From Ylistrum balloti (Eukaryota): a stretch of DNA of 64,000 nucleotides. Of this stretch, positions 11,327 to 24,671 are shown in pieces (position 1 is the stretch's first letter; each line of letters starts with the position of its first letter). The translations under genes were made by a program, and so were the position numbers. Under the pieces are notes generated by a model that was given only the letters and a program-made list of their open reading frames with translations, had not been told where the DNA came from and did not search any database. The stretch spans positions 1,116,001 to 1,180,000 of the forward strand of contig NW_026782328.1 in NCBI RefSeq assembly GCF_031769215.1. The letters are read 5' to 3'.

Positions 11327-12430
11327 TCAATAAAGAAATTATATATGATAAATGTAAATGGAGATTCTCCGTCACTGTGAACAGAATGACTGTAATGTAA
11401 AATTCTATGCTAAATTGTTCTTTCATGTTAAGGAAAGACCAAGAAAATAGCTTTTGATTTTAACAACCTTAACAACCTAACGTCTTTCCTGTACGAAATT
11501 AAAGATTGATGTCGGAGTCATGTCTTATCTTATGTTTCATACAACGATACAATTATCAAAAATCGAGGTTCAATGGAAATACATTCACATTGATGACCAG
11601 AGCGAAGGGTATTGCAATGAGGTATAGAATGTAAGAGATGGTTACGATATCACGTAGACAATGGACCATCAAGATAATAAAGTTATATTTTAAGATTAAT
11701 TCTTTACATTAAGATTGCGTAAAAACCTGAACTTTTATATGTATTGCATATAAGAAGTATAAATATATATAGAGACTATATATACAGTAATGTGACTGAA
11801 CTAAATCCAGGATGTGCGACATTTTCCGTAGATTTGATAATATCATTTTTCTAGCTATATTCCATAGGCCATGGCAACAAAGAAAACCCTTCATACACAT
11901 TTTAAAACACATGCATACTAGCTAATCGTGCTTTGCAATTACATTCATTCAGATTGCCAATTAACGATAAGGATAAAGTACTTCGTTTATATTGAATTTC
12001 TTAACTTCACAAGAATCAAAGCAAATATTGCTGGTTCGTATTATTGTTCAACCAAGATTTTAACCAATATTCTTAAAACTATTTACCATTTCGCAAGTCG
12101 TATATTAACAAATAACAACGACGAAAATAAAGACTTGTTTTATTTCTTAGCTTTTTATTTTTACGAAGGACAACGGCCTCACATTGGAGTCACTCGCACA
12201 CATGTAATCCTGTCTTCTATACCCTTCAATGTACGCAGATACTACAACATATATCACACACACACACCCTTTTTATCGAAAAAGAGTCACTTACTGATGC
12301 TCAATCAATTTAAAGCAACAATCGTCAGTGGCAGCCATGGAAGCGCCGCGGAAAAATTAGTAAAATTTTGTTGTTAGTTGAGTTTTATACTTTCTCTTAA
12401 ATGCCTAAGACGTGATGCATAGTATGTGTC

Positions 12431-13043
12431 ATTAATTGTTTATCACTTTTGCAGATAATCTACCATCAGAATACCATCAGCATCCTAGAAAACCGAGACC
12501 ACAGCATTTTCAGCTGACGAAACAATCATTGCCTTCTTTGGTGGGCGTGAACTATGGTGCTTCCATTTTTTAGACTGTTGTTTGGCCTCTGGGCTGAAAT
12601 GAAGCTGATGACCCATGTTCCATCCATAGATATAAACCCCTTCAGAAAGCTAGCAGGATATATTTCTCTGTAACTTGTTACCAGTCATAACAATATCATG
12701 GACGTTATTTACCATTTCTAGGGTTGCAACAGTGGCAGGCCTTCCAGGATGGGCGTTACCTCAAGATTCTATCTACCATGCTTAAATTCCGCTACCCACC
12801 TTTCCACCTTAACATATTAAGAGACATCCTTCCCTAGTGTTGCTACCATATCAGTATGGATATCCTTAAATGTTTGACCTTTCTGATGGAAAACACTGCT
12901 CTTTCAGAGATAGTAACCACTTTGCAAATTTCTCTTTACCTAAGAGTGTTACCTCTTCGATATAAACTGCCCAAAGAACACCAGTCTTCGATTACACAGC
13001 CTTAAATAGGGAATAGTAAAGCTGAACTTATCAATCAGCCATA
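12431..13043 (-). mobile_element. Truncated mariner relic between SLC6-A and SULT-A
   Basis: Minus strand: PEAKQQSKKWKHHSSRPPKKA..VVSVF*DADGILMVDYLQK. TIR-like TATGGCTGATTGATAAGTT at ~13025-13043. Same family as 5584-6728 and 43169-43874. Confidence 0.75.
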
Positions 13044-13224
13044 TAATCATAATCAAGAGAATGGTTACACGAAAATGAAATCGTCTCACACATATGACCA
13101 CACTATATTGCTCTCCTAACTGACTTATCAAAACAGGTCTGCAAGATAATTAGAACTTGAAATAAAAAAAACATGACTCTTCTTTAAACATCACTTACGC
13201 CGACCTTTCTCTACAAAGAAAGCA

Positions 13225-13560
13225 TAATGATTCATATTTCTCTATGGTGAGTTTTCTGTTTCTACATAGCAAAATGTATACCTCCACTCGACTTTTAGTA
13301 TTTATATTTTGTCTTGTTATTTGATGGTCTGTTCAGAATATCCTGGTATCGATACAACCTTTGAACAGCTGACCGATAAACTCGCAAAACATGTTTTCGA
13401 GAGATGCAGGCTGAAAAAGAATGTTAAACTTATTGCCAAAATGATGTCCTTGGGCAATATTTCCTTGTGCCATATTAAGATACTTTAGTATCATGAAATA
13501 TTTATATGTTTGGTGTATGACTTGGGATGATAAAATGTCCATAACGTGATAAAGTCAATG
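13225..13560 (+). promoter_or_regulatory. Conserved non-coding block upstream of SULT-A (homologous to 46170-46490, minus strand, upstream of SULT-B)
   Basis: Shared blocks: ATTTCTCTATG(G/A)T(G/A)AGTTTTC, TGACCGATAAACTC(G/A)CAAAA, CCAAAATGA(T/C)GTC(C/A)TTGGGCAAT(A/G)TTTCCTTGTGC, TAGTATCATGA, TGGTGTATGAC. Confidence 0.5.
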
Positions 13561-13845
13561 ATACCTACATTTCGGTTGGATATTTATACCGTCGTTTTAT
13601 ATTGATATTTGTATATCCTCGTATGTATGTATCAAAATACCAAAACATAAACAATTTAATATTGATTAGTGTTTCAAATTACAATATGTTTCTATGCCGT
13701 GAATGTGAAACTCGCCCTAATCGATATATGCATTTATAATTTTTTTTTTTGATGCCTCAATGATATACACGAGGATGCATAAGCCCTATATACATATCGA
13801 CCCAGAACTCACGCAATATCTATATTTCGTTTGAAGGAATTCACA

Positions 13846-16800
13846 ATGGATGTGAAAGAAACGATAGACGCTCGTGGAAACAGATTTCGTTTCAAGCTTT
13901 ACAAAGGTTTGAAATTCATACCAGATATTCCAGGCAATATTGCAGACCATCTTGAAGAAGTATCTTCTTTAGTCCTCCGGTCTGATGATGTGCTATTGTG
14001 TACTTACCCAAAATCAGGTAAATTAATTCTGTGATTCTGTAAAATGTGCATAAAACGAAAAATATACACCTTTATTTCTAAGATTTTTCTGATAAAACAT
14101 CATTTGCTGAAGACGTTTATAGACACTCGTAGATATATTTTTTATATTTTACCTTAAAGATTTTACTATTTATTAGCTGGTTGTGTAATTCTGCTGCTAA
14201 CTGTGAAGTTGATAAAACACTATCGGCGTTATTATTTTATCAAACTGTTAATTGTAGCTGATAAAGGACCACTACACCTAGGACAAGTTGGAATTTTTCA
14301 GATTTCTGTGGTTAGGTCAAAGATCGCTGTAAATAATTTTAGGAAATTCTTGTCAGCGTGCAATTTCTGAGTTGTAGGGTTCAAGTTAAGATCACAATTA
14401 CTATTTATTTTCAGAAGATTGTTGACAGCATTAAAGGCAAATTTGAGTTTCCTGGATGCAGGGTTAAGTAACGAAATCGAGTTTCAGGGTTGTTAAGGTC
14501 CAGTCATCGTTGCTATTTTTTTTTAAATCCTTGTCAGCACTCTAACAGCTTCATTAGTTGATGGATTTAGGTCAGGTTTCATACACTTAACCATCTTCCT
14601 TATTAAATTAAATTCATTTTGGAACCATCAGGGGATTCGTATCGTGTGTATATGTTTTTGCTCCAGGAACCCACTGGGTGTACAACATTATACAGATGTT
14701 GCGATCGAAAAACCTACAATACAGAGGGACGCCATACATGTTAGAGTTCCATTCACCCAGCGATCTGGAAAAGATTGAATCACCTCGGACGATCCACACT
14801 CACCTTACCTACCCATTAATTCCAAAAATGGCAAGACTGGGTCAAGTGAAAATTGTGCATGTTCTTCGAAACCCGAAGGACACGATAACGTCTCACTATG
14901 AATTTTGCAAAGGAGATAAAAAATCGATGTATGAAGGCGATTTCAATGGATTTTTGGATTTCTGTCTGTCAAATGAATGTAAATATATTTTTTTCGCATT
15001 TATTTGAGCCTTATGTATAATTTTGCGTTATGTAAGTTAAAGAAATATACATTCTGGAATTTATGTACATACATGTAAATACATCCACGGAAAAGTACAT
15101 GTAAACGGGGCATATTGAAGATAATGAAATCATAACGATATCTTTGTAATCAAAATGATTTGTTCCTCTTATATTCAAGGCAATAGGTAATAGGTTAAAA
15201 TACATACTAGATTTTATATTACTTTTTGAAGCAATTTGGATATTTGCCATGATAAAATAGCATTGAAAAGATGGGTGGTATTTTATGACAGCTGTATTTT
15301 TTTAACTCCAGATACTGCTTTGAAATTTATCGTTGCCACAAAAGAAGTTGTCATGGAAAATTTCCATTTTTGGAACTTGTTTTAAGAGTGGCGTATGTAT
15401 GATACCATGACAAAATCACTTAGTCCAGTATGGTAGGATGAACAGTTTCCTAAATTAACATTTTCTTTAGCATTGAGAACATTCACCGATGACAGATTTT
15501 ATGGAGTGCAATTCATCAATAGTATATTGATTCCACGACTTCTGCCACTGAGCTTTTAAAAATTGTTTGATAAATGGTAAATGAAGTTTAAAAACAACAG
15601 ATGGTAGCGATCAAGCTTTTTTTGCGGTACAATCTACTTTTTCATTGCCTGGTATTCCCATGTGTCCAGGAACCCAGCAAAAAGCAATGCGAAAGTTCAA
15701 GGCAAGTTCATGATATAGTATTAATGTATACCGAATGAAAATATTTTCGATATTTCTATTGCTAAGACTTTGTAGTACAGAAAGAGAGTATTTATAGAGA
15801 ATGTATTTAAGGGCGAAAATATTCCATGGTATTAGATATATAGTACATTGATTTAAAATAAGACCTCGGTACATAATATAATTAACAGTAAATACTTTTC
15901 TATCGTGATATCACAGAAATGAAAACATTTATCAAACACCTGTTGTTGTGATGATTAAATGCGATTTAAATTTAGTATGTATCATGTCCAATAATCCAAA
16001 AACACATAATGATATATTATAATTATGTAATTATCAAGTAGGACATGGGTTATTTTTGTGGGCTATTGAGTGGAAAACCCGCCTTATTTTAAAAAAAAAT
16101 TCCCTCCGAATATGACTTTTTGTCTTGGTCGAAAATGCAAGTAAGCAAGTTTCGCTTAGGTTTAAGTATGGCATGACTGTGTATCGTTTGACACATGACT
16201 GTTATATTGATTACAGTTTTTTTAAACACTTGGCAGTCGTTATATTTTACTTGAAGTAACCCTGTGATAACTACAGTTGATACGATCATTCTGTAGCACT
16301 GTTTACCTGCTTTAATCTTCATTACAACAGAAATCAAATAAGCAAAAAGAACGTTTCCTTTTTCAATCATTCTAGTTGCAATGTTTGGAGGAAATTGGTT
16401 TTCATACGCCAGAGGTTGGGAGAATGCCAAACACTTGAATAAAGACCTTAAAATTCTTTCTCTACAATACGAAGAAATCAAACAGGTTTGTCATATGGTC
16501 ACCTTTTATCACTTAATTATCATCAAGTAAGTTTACCGAAATGATCTTGCTAGCCATGTAAAATCAATAATACAAGTTTCATATGTTGAAGAAGTTCTAG
16601 TCTCACAGGTTTTTCGTAACCTACCTGTCATGTTTTAATTCATGAATTGTGGCATGGTTCAGAATATTCACATAAACTCTTTTGAAATAATTTACTGATG
16701 AAAATCATGATCTTCTTTCAATTAGATATTAACCTCCCAGTTGTTTTTAAAACTATTTTGATTAATTTCGATTTTCTTTAAGCGCCACATATGTTTCAAC

Positions 16801-17907
16801 CACTAATGAACCCTCGAAGAACGAAAATGCATATCATGCAAAGAGTTCATCCAATTTTTCATTTATGTCGAAAGGTTCTGACAATCTCTCCAATTCATTG
16901 TTGATGTGGTCATAACATTTAGTCAGAATTCCTCCTATATAACAGATTATTGAGATCCCTTGACTTGGTATGCTTCACCACAATCCCACAGTTGTTAGCA
17001 TTTGTATTATGCTGTCTTCCATTGAAAAGTTTGCGGAGATATTTTCAGCAGCAACTAAAGGGGTATTCTTAATACTTGATAATTGCCTACCCACTAGCAG
17101 GTTTTAATTATATTACATGCGGAATACCACATTGTTAATGTTATTTGTATACAACGTCTCGTAATCTTATTTTTCAGAATACATATGGCACTATACTTAA
17201 GTTAGTAGACTTCCTTCAGCTTGAACGATCAGAATCATTTACACGTGATGTAGAAAAAGCAGTTCAATTTGAACAAATGCGAAAGGAACACGAAACAGAC
17301 GCAGGAAAAACTGAGATATGGAAAGATAACAGAAAGGATGGAAGGCTACCGATTTACAGGAAAGGTAACATTTGAAACCTATTTTATAAGTCACAATGGT
17401 GTGTATGATAGTTTCAGTTCTGTAGACATACATCATAAGTAGATGTTTTAAAGAAAACCCCGTTACCATGATATAACGATGTTTTCGAAGAGGGAACGTT
17501 GATCTTTGTATAGACGGATTCAACGCAAGCATTTTTATGTTAAATTATGTAATTTAAATCCTTATTAGGAATATATTTATAGTGTTTATACAATATTGTG
17601 TATGCTTGTGTTAGTTCTGTAGACATAGAGAATACACATGGTTTTCTTTCATTCATATTATGCATTATTATTTTTTGTGCAAAATAACTATAGCTCCAGT
17701 ACCAAAAACAATTATCAGTTGTAATGACATATGAGGTTGCGATCTAAAATCCATCACCCAGCTTTGTTTATTGGCGGACTCTTTTTTACAGGATGTGTAG
17801 GTAATTGGAAGATCTATTTCACCGTTGCACAGAGCGAGAGGTTTGATGCACTTTACGACAAATACATGAAAGAGCATGGAATCGATCTTCGTCTTACACA
17901 TCAATGA
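13846..17907 (+). CDS. Cytosolic (PAPS-dependent) sulfotransferase, paralog A (5 exons, 298 aa)
   Basis: Exons 13846-14017, 14667-14978, 16376-16485, 17178-17364, 17792-17907; sum 897 nt, open frame. 5'-PSB loop TYPKSGTHW, catalytic His in RTIHTHL, 3'-PB RNPKDTITS, C-terminal RKGCVGNWK and FTVAQSERFD. Confidence 0.93.
15380..15800 (-). mobile_element. I/Nimb-clade LINE fragment (RNase H and downstream region) in SULT-A intron 2
   Basis: ORF 15611-15874 contains FCWVPGHMGIPGNEKVDCTAKKA (RNase H W-x-P-x-H-x-G-x-x-GNE-x-x-D). Further 3': KSWNQYTIDELHSIKSVIG, with stops. Confidence 0.75.
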
Positions 17908-18029
17908 TATTATATTGAAAAGGAACATCAAGATATCATGTATTTGATGGAGAACACTGTACAATAATAAGACGTTATAAAAGATGTTATTTACCATAAC
18001 AGCTTGGACCTCTTTGTTATGTGTAATTT

Positions 18030-18360
18030 TCTGACAGAAATTTATAGAGTTATGACCCCTTGTTCAATTACCTAAACGGTGTCTGCTCAACGTCGCAAGT
18101 AGTTATCAACGGATCAACTTCAAACTCCATAGAATGGTTCCATACCATGATTGTTCAGACAAGTTAGATCACCGTAAATTTTGACCGTAGTTCTTGGAAT
18201 TATAGCCCTTTGAATGTTTCCAAAACAGTGTAAGTTTTAAGTAATGAATAGTTCCAACATATACACTTAAAACTTCATAGGGAGGTTCATTATCATCATG
18301 GATCGGGCATGTTTGATAACTGAAATTATTCGCCTGTCATTTATTGAGTAACGGCCTTTG
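18030..18360. repeat. Degenerate ~150-bp tandem repeat (satellite-like / Helentron-associated type)
   Basis: Anchor GAGTTATGACCCCTTG (18047), GAATTATAGCCCTTTG (18197), GAGTAACGGCCTTTG (18346); spacing 150 and 149 bp. Confidence 0.45.
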
Positions 18361-21000
18361 TATTATTGATGGATCAATAACTTCAGTCTTATTCACAGAT
18401 CTTCTCTGATTATTACCGCCATTGATGCCCAGTGGTTTCCTCAAGTTTCTCCACCATTTCACAATTGATTGAAAAACCCTTGTGTTATGATCATATAATA
18501 AGTATCATTTTCCTCCCCTTGCTTGGTGGGAAATGCTCATTCTACCCATGACGTCGTACCACGTATCGACTTACGGAACTCTTGTTACTTTTTATAACCA
18601 GCCCTCATATGGTCACCTTAACAGTATTAATTTCATCCTGCTAATGATCTCTCTCTAAATGAATCAAAATTGTAAAATGTCACAATATTTTCCAACTCTT
18701 TTTAAACTTTAAAGTTGTCAAATGTTATAGTACGAGTATATCAAATTGCAGCCTCAATTATACATCATACTTACAAAATAATTATATAGAATTATATACA
18801 ATTACTACAAATGTTTTTCAAGTAATGTCGTATATATTATATGTAACTTTGGTTCAAACGTCTATCGGAGACCCTCATAGATGTGAGCCTTATCTGTGTC
18901 ACAACAGTAATAGTGTCCAAGTACAAAAACAATCGGAGTTGTAGTTGACAGCGTATTGAGTCAATATTAGTGTCGCACAGCATGAACTGCCAGCCGAATT
19001 GGCTTCCTAAATATATTTTGCCTGTAGCTCTATGTGTGAGGCCAACAACAGAAAAAAGTGAGAATTAGAGTAAGTGTTTTGAAATATATATATATATATA
19101 TAAAGGCTTTCTTCCCGATTTAAAAGTGCAATTAAATGTAAATATACCTTACAATTTTCCGCTAGAATTCAGCCCCCGTAATAATGACAGTCATTATTTT
19201 TGTTTGATAAAATGAATCAGAACTTCACGACTACAAAATTCTAACGGGAGGGGGCATATCAATCCTAATGTTCTAATATATATCAATGTTAAGGTCAGGT
19301 ATCACAGTATCGATACTTTGGCAATGCAATTGTAAAAGATCAAAGGTCAACTTCCTATCACGTATAGTAGATTTCATTTATACACTAATCAATGTTGTAA
19401 ATTAGTTCCAAGTATCAATATGCCAGTTACCAAAGATATTTCCTTGTTACTGGCATCGGTATCAAGATGTAAGCATTAGTCGACTAATATAGATATTCGT
19501 GTATAATAGATTAATATGTGAAACAGTAGCACAACTTCATTAGAATTTTTTTTTTTAAAAAACCCTTAAAATTACCCTTACATACATTGAATGACTTAAA
19601 GTATTATTAGAAATGTAGACTTAACGCTCCTTTTCAAAACGACAATAATGACCTATCAATGTACATTGGTTAATCTCATATATGTGAAAAATGAACTTTA
19701 AAAAAGCGCAATTTTAAAAGAATGTTTCGTGGAATGTTACATAGTAAGTACCAGATTACAAGCACAACAGAAAATGTTTTAGTCAACAGATCATTTGTCT
19801 GATGATTCGTCAGATGAATATGCTCTATAAAACGCTCTCAGAGTGTTTGGTTTGATACGTTGTAGTTCCCGATATGGTGTTGAAAGAAACATAGTTTTAC
19901 ATTTTTCTTCTCTCTAAATAAAGCGGCTATATAGATGATAATTGTTGATTCCAAAATGTAGAGGTTTCATTTACAGTTGCCTTCCATGACACATTGGTAT
20001 CATCGACACACACCCAATCACACATATTTACATAACACACCTCTCCTCTTAATTTAGTATTTTAGAATATATATATTAGAATGGGTGTGTGAAGAGAATA
20101 TTACGGAAAAAAACATACTAGGAACGAGTAAATCAATGTAATCGGCCATCAGAATTAATATAGATAAATTAAATGATATAACAATCTAATTTCGTAATTA
20201 GTATTCACCTCAGGAATGAAATATCTCTACATTCTATGTACGCAAATGTACAATAAAATGGACGGTATAAAACAAGACTACATAATTGGTTAGAATTCAG
20301 TGGCATGGGAATAGGTTTATCCAGCAAACATATACTCGGAGAACCCACTCTCAAAACAGAGAATGTTCAAGAATATATATTGCAGTATTTAAAGTGACAT
20401 TTGCAGATTTCTCAATAACAATGAATTTGAACAGTCGCAAAATGTCGATCAATTAAGAAAGGCTATGAATTGAGACAATGATAACTATTGACATTATATT
20501 GCATAAATGAAGTATACAGTAGTAATGGACAAAAGTTTATGTTGTAATCCATGAATGTGTATAACACGGACATGCAAAACTTAATTCAACATAAAGTTAA
20601 TAAATCCTAAATGATGGAATGCTGATTTAACATTAGATCCGATCGGATGTATTCGAACGATGTATAACACTATGTAGTTAATCGATATAATTTTTCTAAA
20701 ATTGTTAGTCTCTCAAAATGCAACAAGAATATTCTACTTCATTCTTGGAAAATTAATTTTAAAACCTTTCATTAAGCTCATAAATTACCGCATTTCATAT
20801 TTTGAAGACATGCCGCATACAATTGTAATTATATGTATTTGTTGTTTTCAGCTATTGTTACTGTAGAAATCATCTAAAATTTATACGAATTTGGAATTTC
20901 AAAATGATTTATGAGGATTTTATCCATTTTTACCAATCTTACCAGTGGATAGTTTTTCACTCAGTAACCATTCTTGAACAAACTGTATATTTCTTTCTGT

Positions 21001-21300
21001 GACGTCATCCTCGGACAGAAAGTGGGTACCAGAAAAGACATTTTTCATTTTTTGAAACATATGAAAGTCTGATGGAGTGAGATCAGGTGAATAAGGTCGA
21101 TTCATAATCAACTCAACATCTAAATTACCAGCTGGCTGATAGCCTTGTATTGAATAAGTTGAGTAGGGATGTCCTTTTTCAAACTCTATTATTCCCTGAT
21201 TATTTAAGACTGTGTACACGTGGACTGGTATAATTAGGTCAGTTTATGTCGAAGAGGTAGCATTCTAAAGTACACAAGGCAAAGTGAAAGAGCAGTGATC
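21001..21300. mobile_element. Two mariner fragments in opposite orientation
   Basis: 21001-21117 (-) encodes RPYSPDLTPSDFHMFQKMK..FLSEDDV (YSPDL motif, third catalytic Asp region). 21133-21300 (+) matches the 5' non-coding end of the 43169 element (GTCAGTTTATGTCGAAGAGGTAGC..AGAGCAGTGATC). Confidence 0.75.
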
Positions 21301-21665
21301 CAATGTTTCTTATCTACATTTGTTATTATATTATTACCAAAGGAATTATACAAAAACTCACTTCGCTGATCCATACAACATCTTGATCTTGATCAATTCT
21401 TCCTCACTTTCAAAAGCCATCAGGTCAAAATGGTGCTGTTTGGCGTAGGTCGATATGAGATTTGTTTGCACGGATTGGCATAGATGATATGAGATGGATT
21501 AACTCCTATTTCAAGCACCTGTTGAATCTAGCTCTAATAACATACATGGGCATGACAACTACAAACTTTTTTTTCACTTTGGCTTATTTTCTGAAAACAA
21601 TTACTTAACATATTTGCATACACTCAATTTCTTTATCAAGAAAAATGTGATTACTCTAAATCAAT

Positions 21666-21669
<4 letters not shown>

Positions 21670-21702
<33 letters not shown>
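21670..21702. repeat. (TA)n microsatellite
   Basis: Perfect run of about 16 TA units read directly. Confidence 0.95.
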
Positions 21703-21705
<3 letters not shown>

Positions 21706-24671
21706 GATTTTTATCTTATTTATTAGTATGGTCTTTTAAACAAAAATCATAGCATTACAAACATTTAAATGATTCTCAAAATTATGACAATAGCCAGATC
21801 TAGTCAATGGGATAGAGAAGGGATAAATGAAAATTATTATACAATTACATGATAACTACATTAAACAATTATACATTTGATGCATAACATCTGATCATCA
21901 TTAACTTTTAAAGCGTTCAGTCATTTAGACTGTGTCTATCAGACCAGAACATCTTCCCTGATGTAGTTTCATACACCAACAGATACAAATGATTCAATTT
22001 TGTTTTGATAGTTCCATAAGATTAAAGGTCTATATCAGTACAAGATCCATTTGGTTCACCTTATCTGACATACATGTATGTTCTGGGTCACCTAGGTAAA
22101 CACTTACCTGTTAGAGGCAAATGTAACCTAATTAATTTCAATTAATTAATATGTTTAAAAAAAACTAAATTTTTGGATAATGCGGTTCAACATTAGTAAG
22201 AAAAAGTTAAAAGCACCTTTCACTACGAATTTAGATAGAATATAAGTAAAGAATAAAACTGCATTATCAAACTGTTTCGTCCAAATAGGATTTTTCAGCG
22301 ATACCAAAATCAACGCCAATGAAATAAACAAGATCTTACAACCAATGGATTTCGGCAAAGTCTTGGTCTAAATAATAAACTACTGATCAATCATGATAGT
22401 TTAAGTCTGCATTTTATAAATCTACAGGTACTTTGTGATGTGATTTTTTTCTATTCTATATGATAATGCGTATGTCTTTTACTATATTTTTTATCAAACC
22501 TAATAAAAGCTTCTTATCACCATTCCTTGTGCTATCAAATCACATGTTAGACACGTAGACATGCTTCTTTTAATAACACGGGCCAGAAATGGCATCAAAT
22601 ATTGAGAAGTGAGACTTAGATGGTAATAAACGAACAATACTGATAAACTGCATACATATTATTAACAGTCGACAGATGGTGTGCTATTGCATAACTTGAT
22701 GCGGTCCACGTACTTTACATTTGAACGTAAAAAAATACGAAAGATAATGGATTTTTTTTTTTATACTTTTTGACAAAGAGAGTAAATAATTTTTGAGAGA
22801 GATAGAGAGAGTTGCCCACTATTGTTTGATTTCGTCCTCCGTATATTTCTTGTTTGATTTGGACATGTTTCCACGAAATACACTTCAGTATAGATTACAT
22901 CCATATATTTGTACCGCCGTTCACATTTCATGAAAAAGAAAGTACCCATAATAGAGAACGGAGGCTGTGTTTTTTTCAGTAAAGAATGGGGTAAGGTTAC
23001 GTTCAGACTGGCGAAAACATATGTTCTTAAAGAAAAAATGTTTACTAGAATAGAATGTTGAAGACAAGTCGAAAGCTCTTTGAGTCTATTTATTCCATTT
23101 CTTGTGTAAAAAGTATCACAATAATGGTAGCTAGTAGTTTTGACAACTGTCTGGTTAAATAGCTGGACGAGCCAGGAATAAAACGTTTGTTAATATGAAT
23201 TCCTGGGAAGTTTTGAACCAGATATAAAGGGGAGAGATCCGTATCCTTATCATTAACAGGCAGTCTATATGATAGTAGTACCGTTGGAACAATAATTATA
23301 GTGTTTTTCCTTTCGTTATCAAGCAATCGTAGAGATTCGAGGTGATATACATTGCTGGTGAACTATTAGTCTTCGAGGTCTGCCGTAACTTGGATGCCAC
23401 GTTGTAGTTCACTCAAATAGTTGCACGGGTTAGAAAACACACATTTAAATGATTTTTTTTCTCTAAAATGACGAAAGTTGCTCATCTAATGGCCAAGTTC
23501 ATATCCTCATCTAGATTTTGACATTTCTTTCGATCATTTTGGATTTAATAATAAGTGTCTAAGCATTGATAACGAGTCCAAGGAGGCTATATGATGCAGA
23601 TTAATTTATTGTTTGACTCCATTATTCCCTTATCTTAATTTCTTTAAATGATGCTATTTGCTTGTTTGTGTATTGTGCATTCTTTCAGCAATATGCACTG
23701 AAATATGGAGGTACCCCAACTTGAAATAATATATCCTACAAATTTAGCAACATTCCGATAGTAGAAACTAAACAAGTATGATCAGATAAAATGTAAATCC
23801 TTTTCTAAATATAAGTATAAGTTTGCGCTCGTCATAAAAAACAGAAAAAAACAAATCGGATCAGCACTGTTAAGAGCTTATGCATTCCATCTTAAATATC
23901 GAATTAAAATGTAGACAATTTCGTTATCAGTATATATTGCAAAGGTATTAGAAATTTCTAACATCGTCTGTGACTCGGACACCGACCTTGACGAGCTGAG
24001 GGCTCATGTCAAACACACCAACGTGAGGACGTGCTGTAGTTTTAACAGATTTAGATACAATTACTTCAGATACACGGGTGTCGTGTCACCATTAGTTATG
24101 ACTTTCTGTTCAATTTAAGCTAAATGCCATATCTCTTAGATAAGATACTGTAAGATAAGATCAGACCAAATAAGATAAGAAAAGATACAGCATAACTGAA
24201 CTAGAAATTAAATAGGAACTGCTGCATTCATTTTTAGGTCTTCTAGAACGAACTCGTCATCATTGCTATAGTCCTTAAATCTAAGTTTGGCACCATCTTT
24301 GTCAAAATATAATTGGTAGAATGTTCCTGGGGTGGATTATATCGTATGAAAATGACATACCTCATATAAAAGACACAAATCAATATATTCAATATTATCA
24401 TGGTAATTTTATTATAAGTTTATGGAATACGAAACTACGCGATATTAAAGCCAATAATTAGGAAAAAGTCACATTTTTATTGTAACACGCGTTTTAAGAG
24501 GACAAATAACGACGTGTTGTATTACAAGTCATTAAGATATTTTATATGGAAATGTAGGATCATTTGCTTGTAATATTGTTCCCCGCAAGATAAAGAGAGA
24601 AAGGTATAAAAGCACATAGAATCAATATCTTGTATCAAGTGGATGAAACCGCGTGTTGCGACGACACGGAC

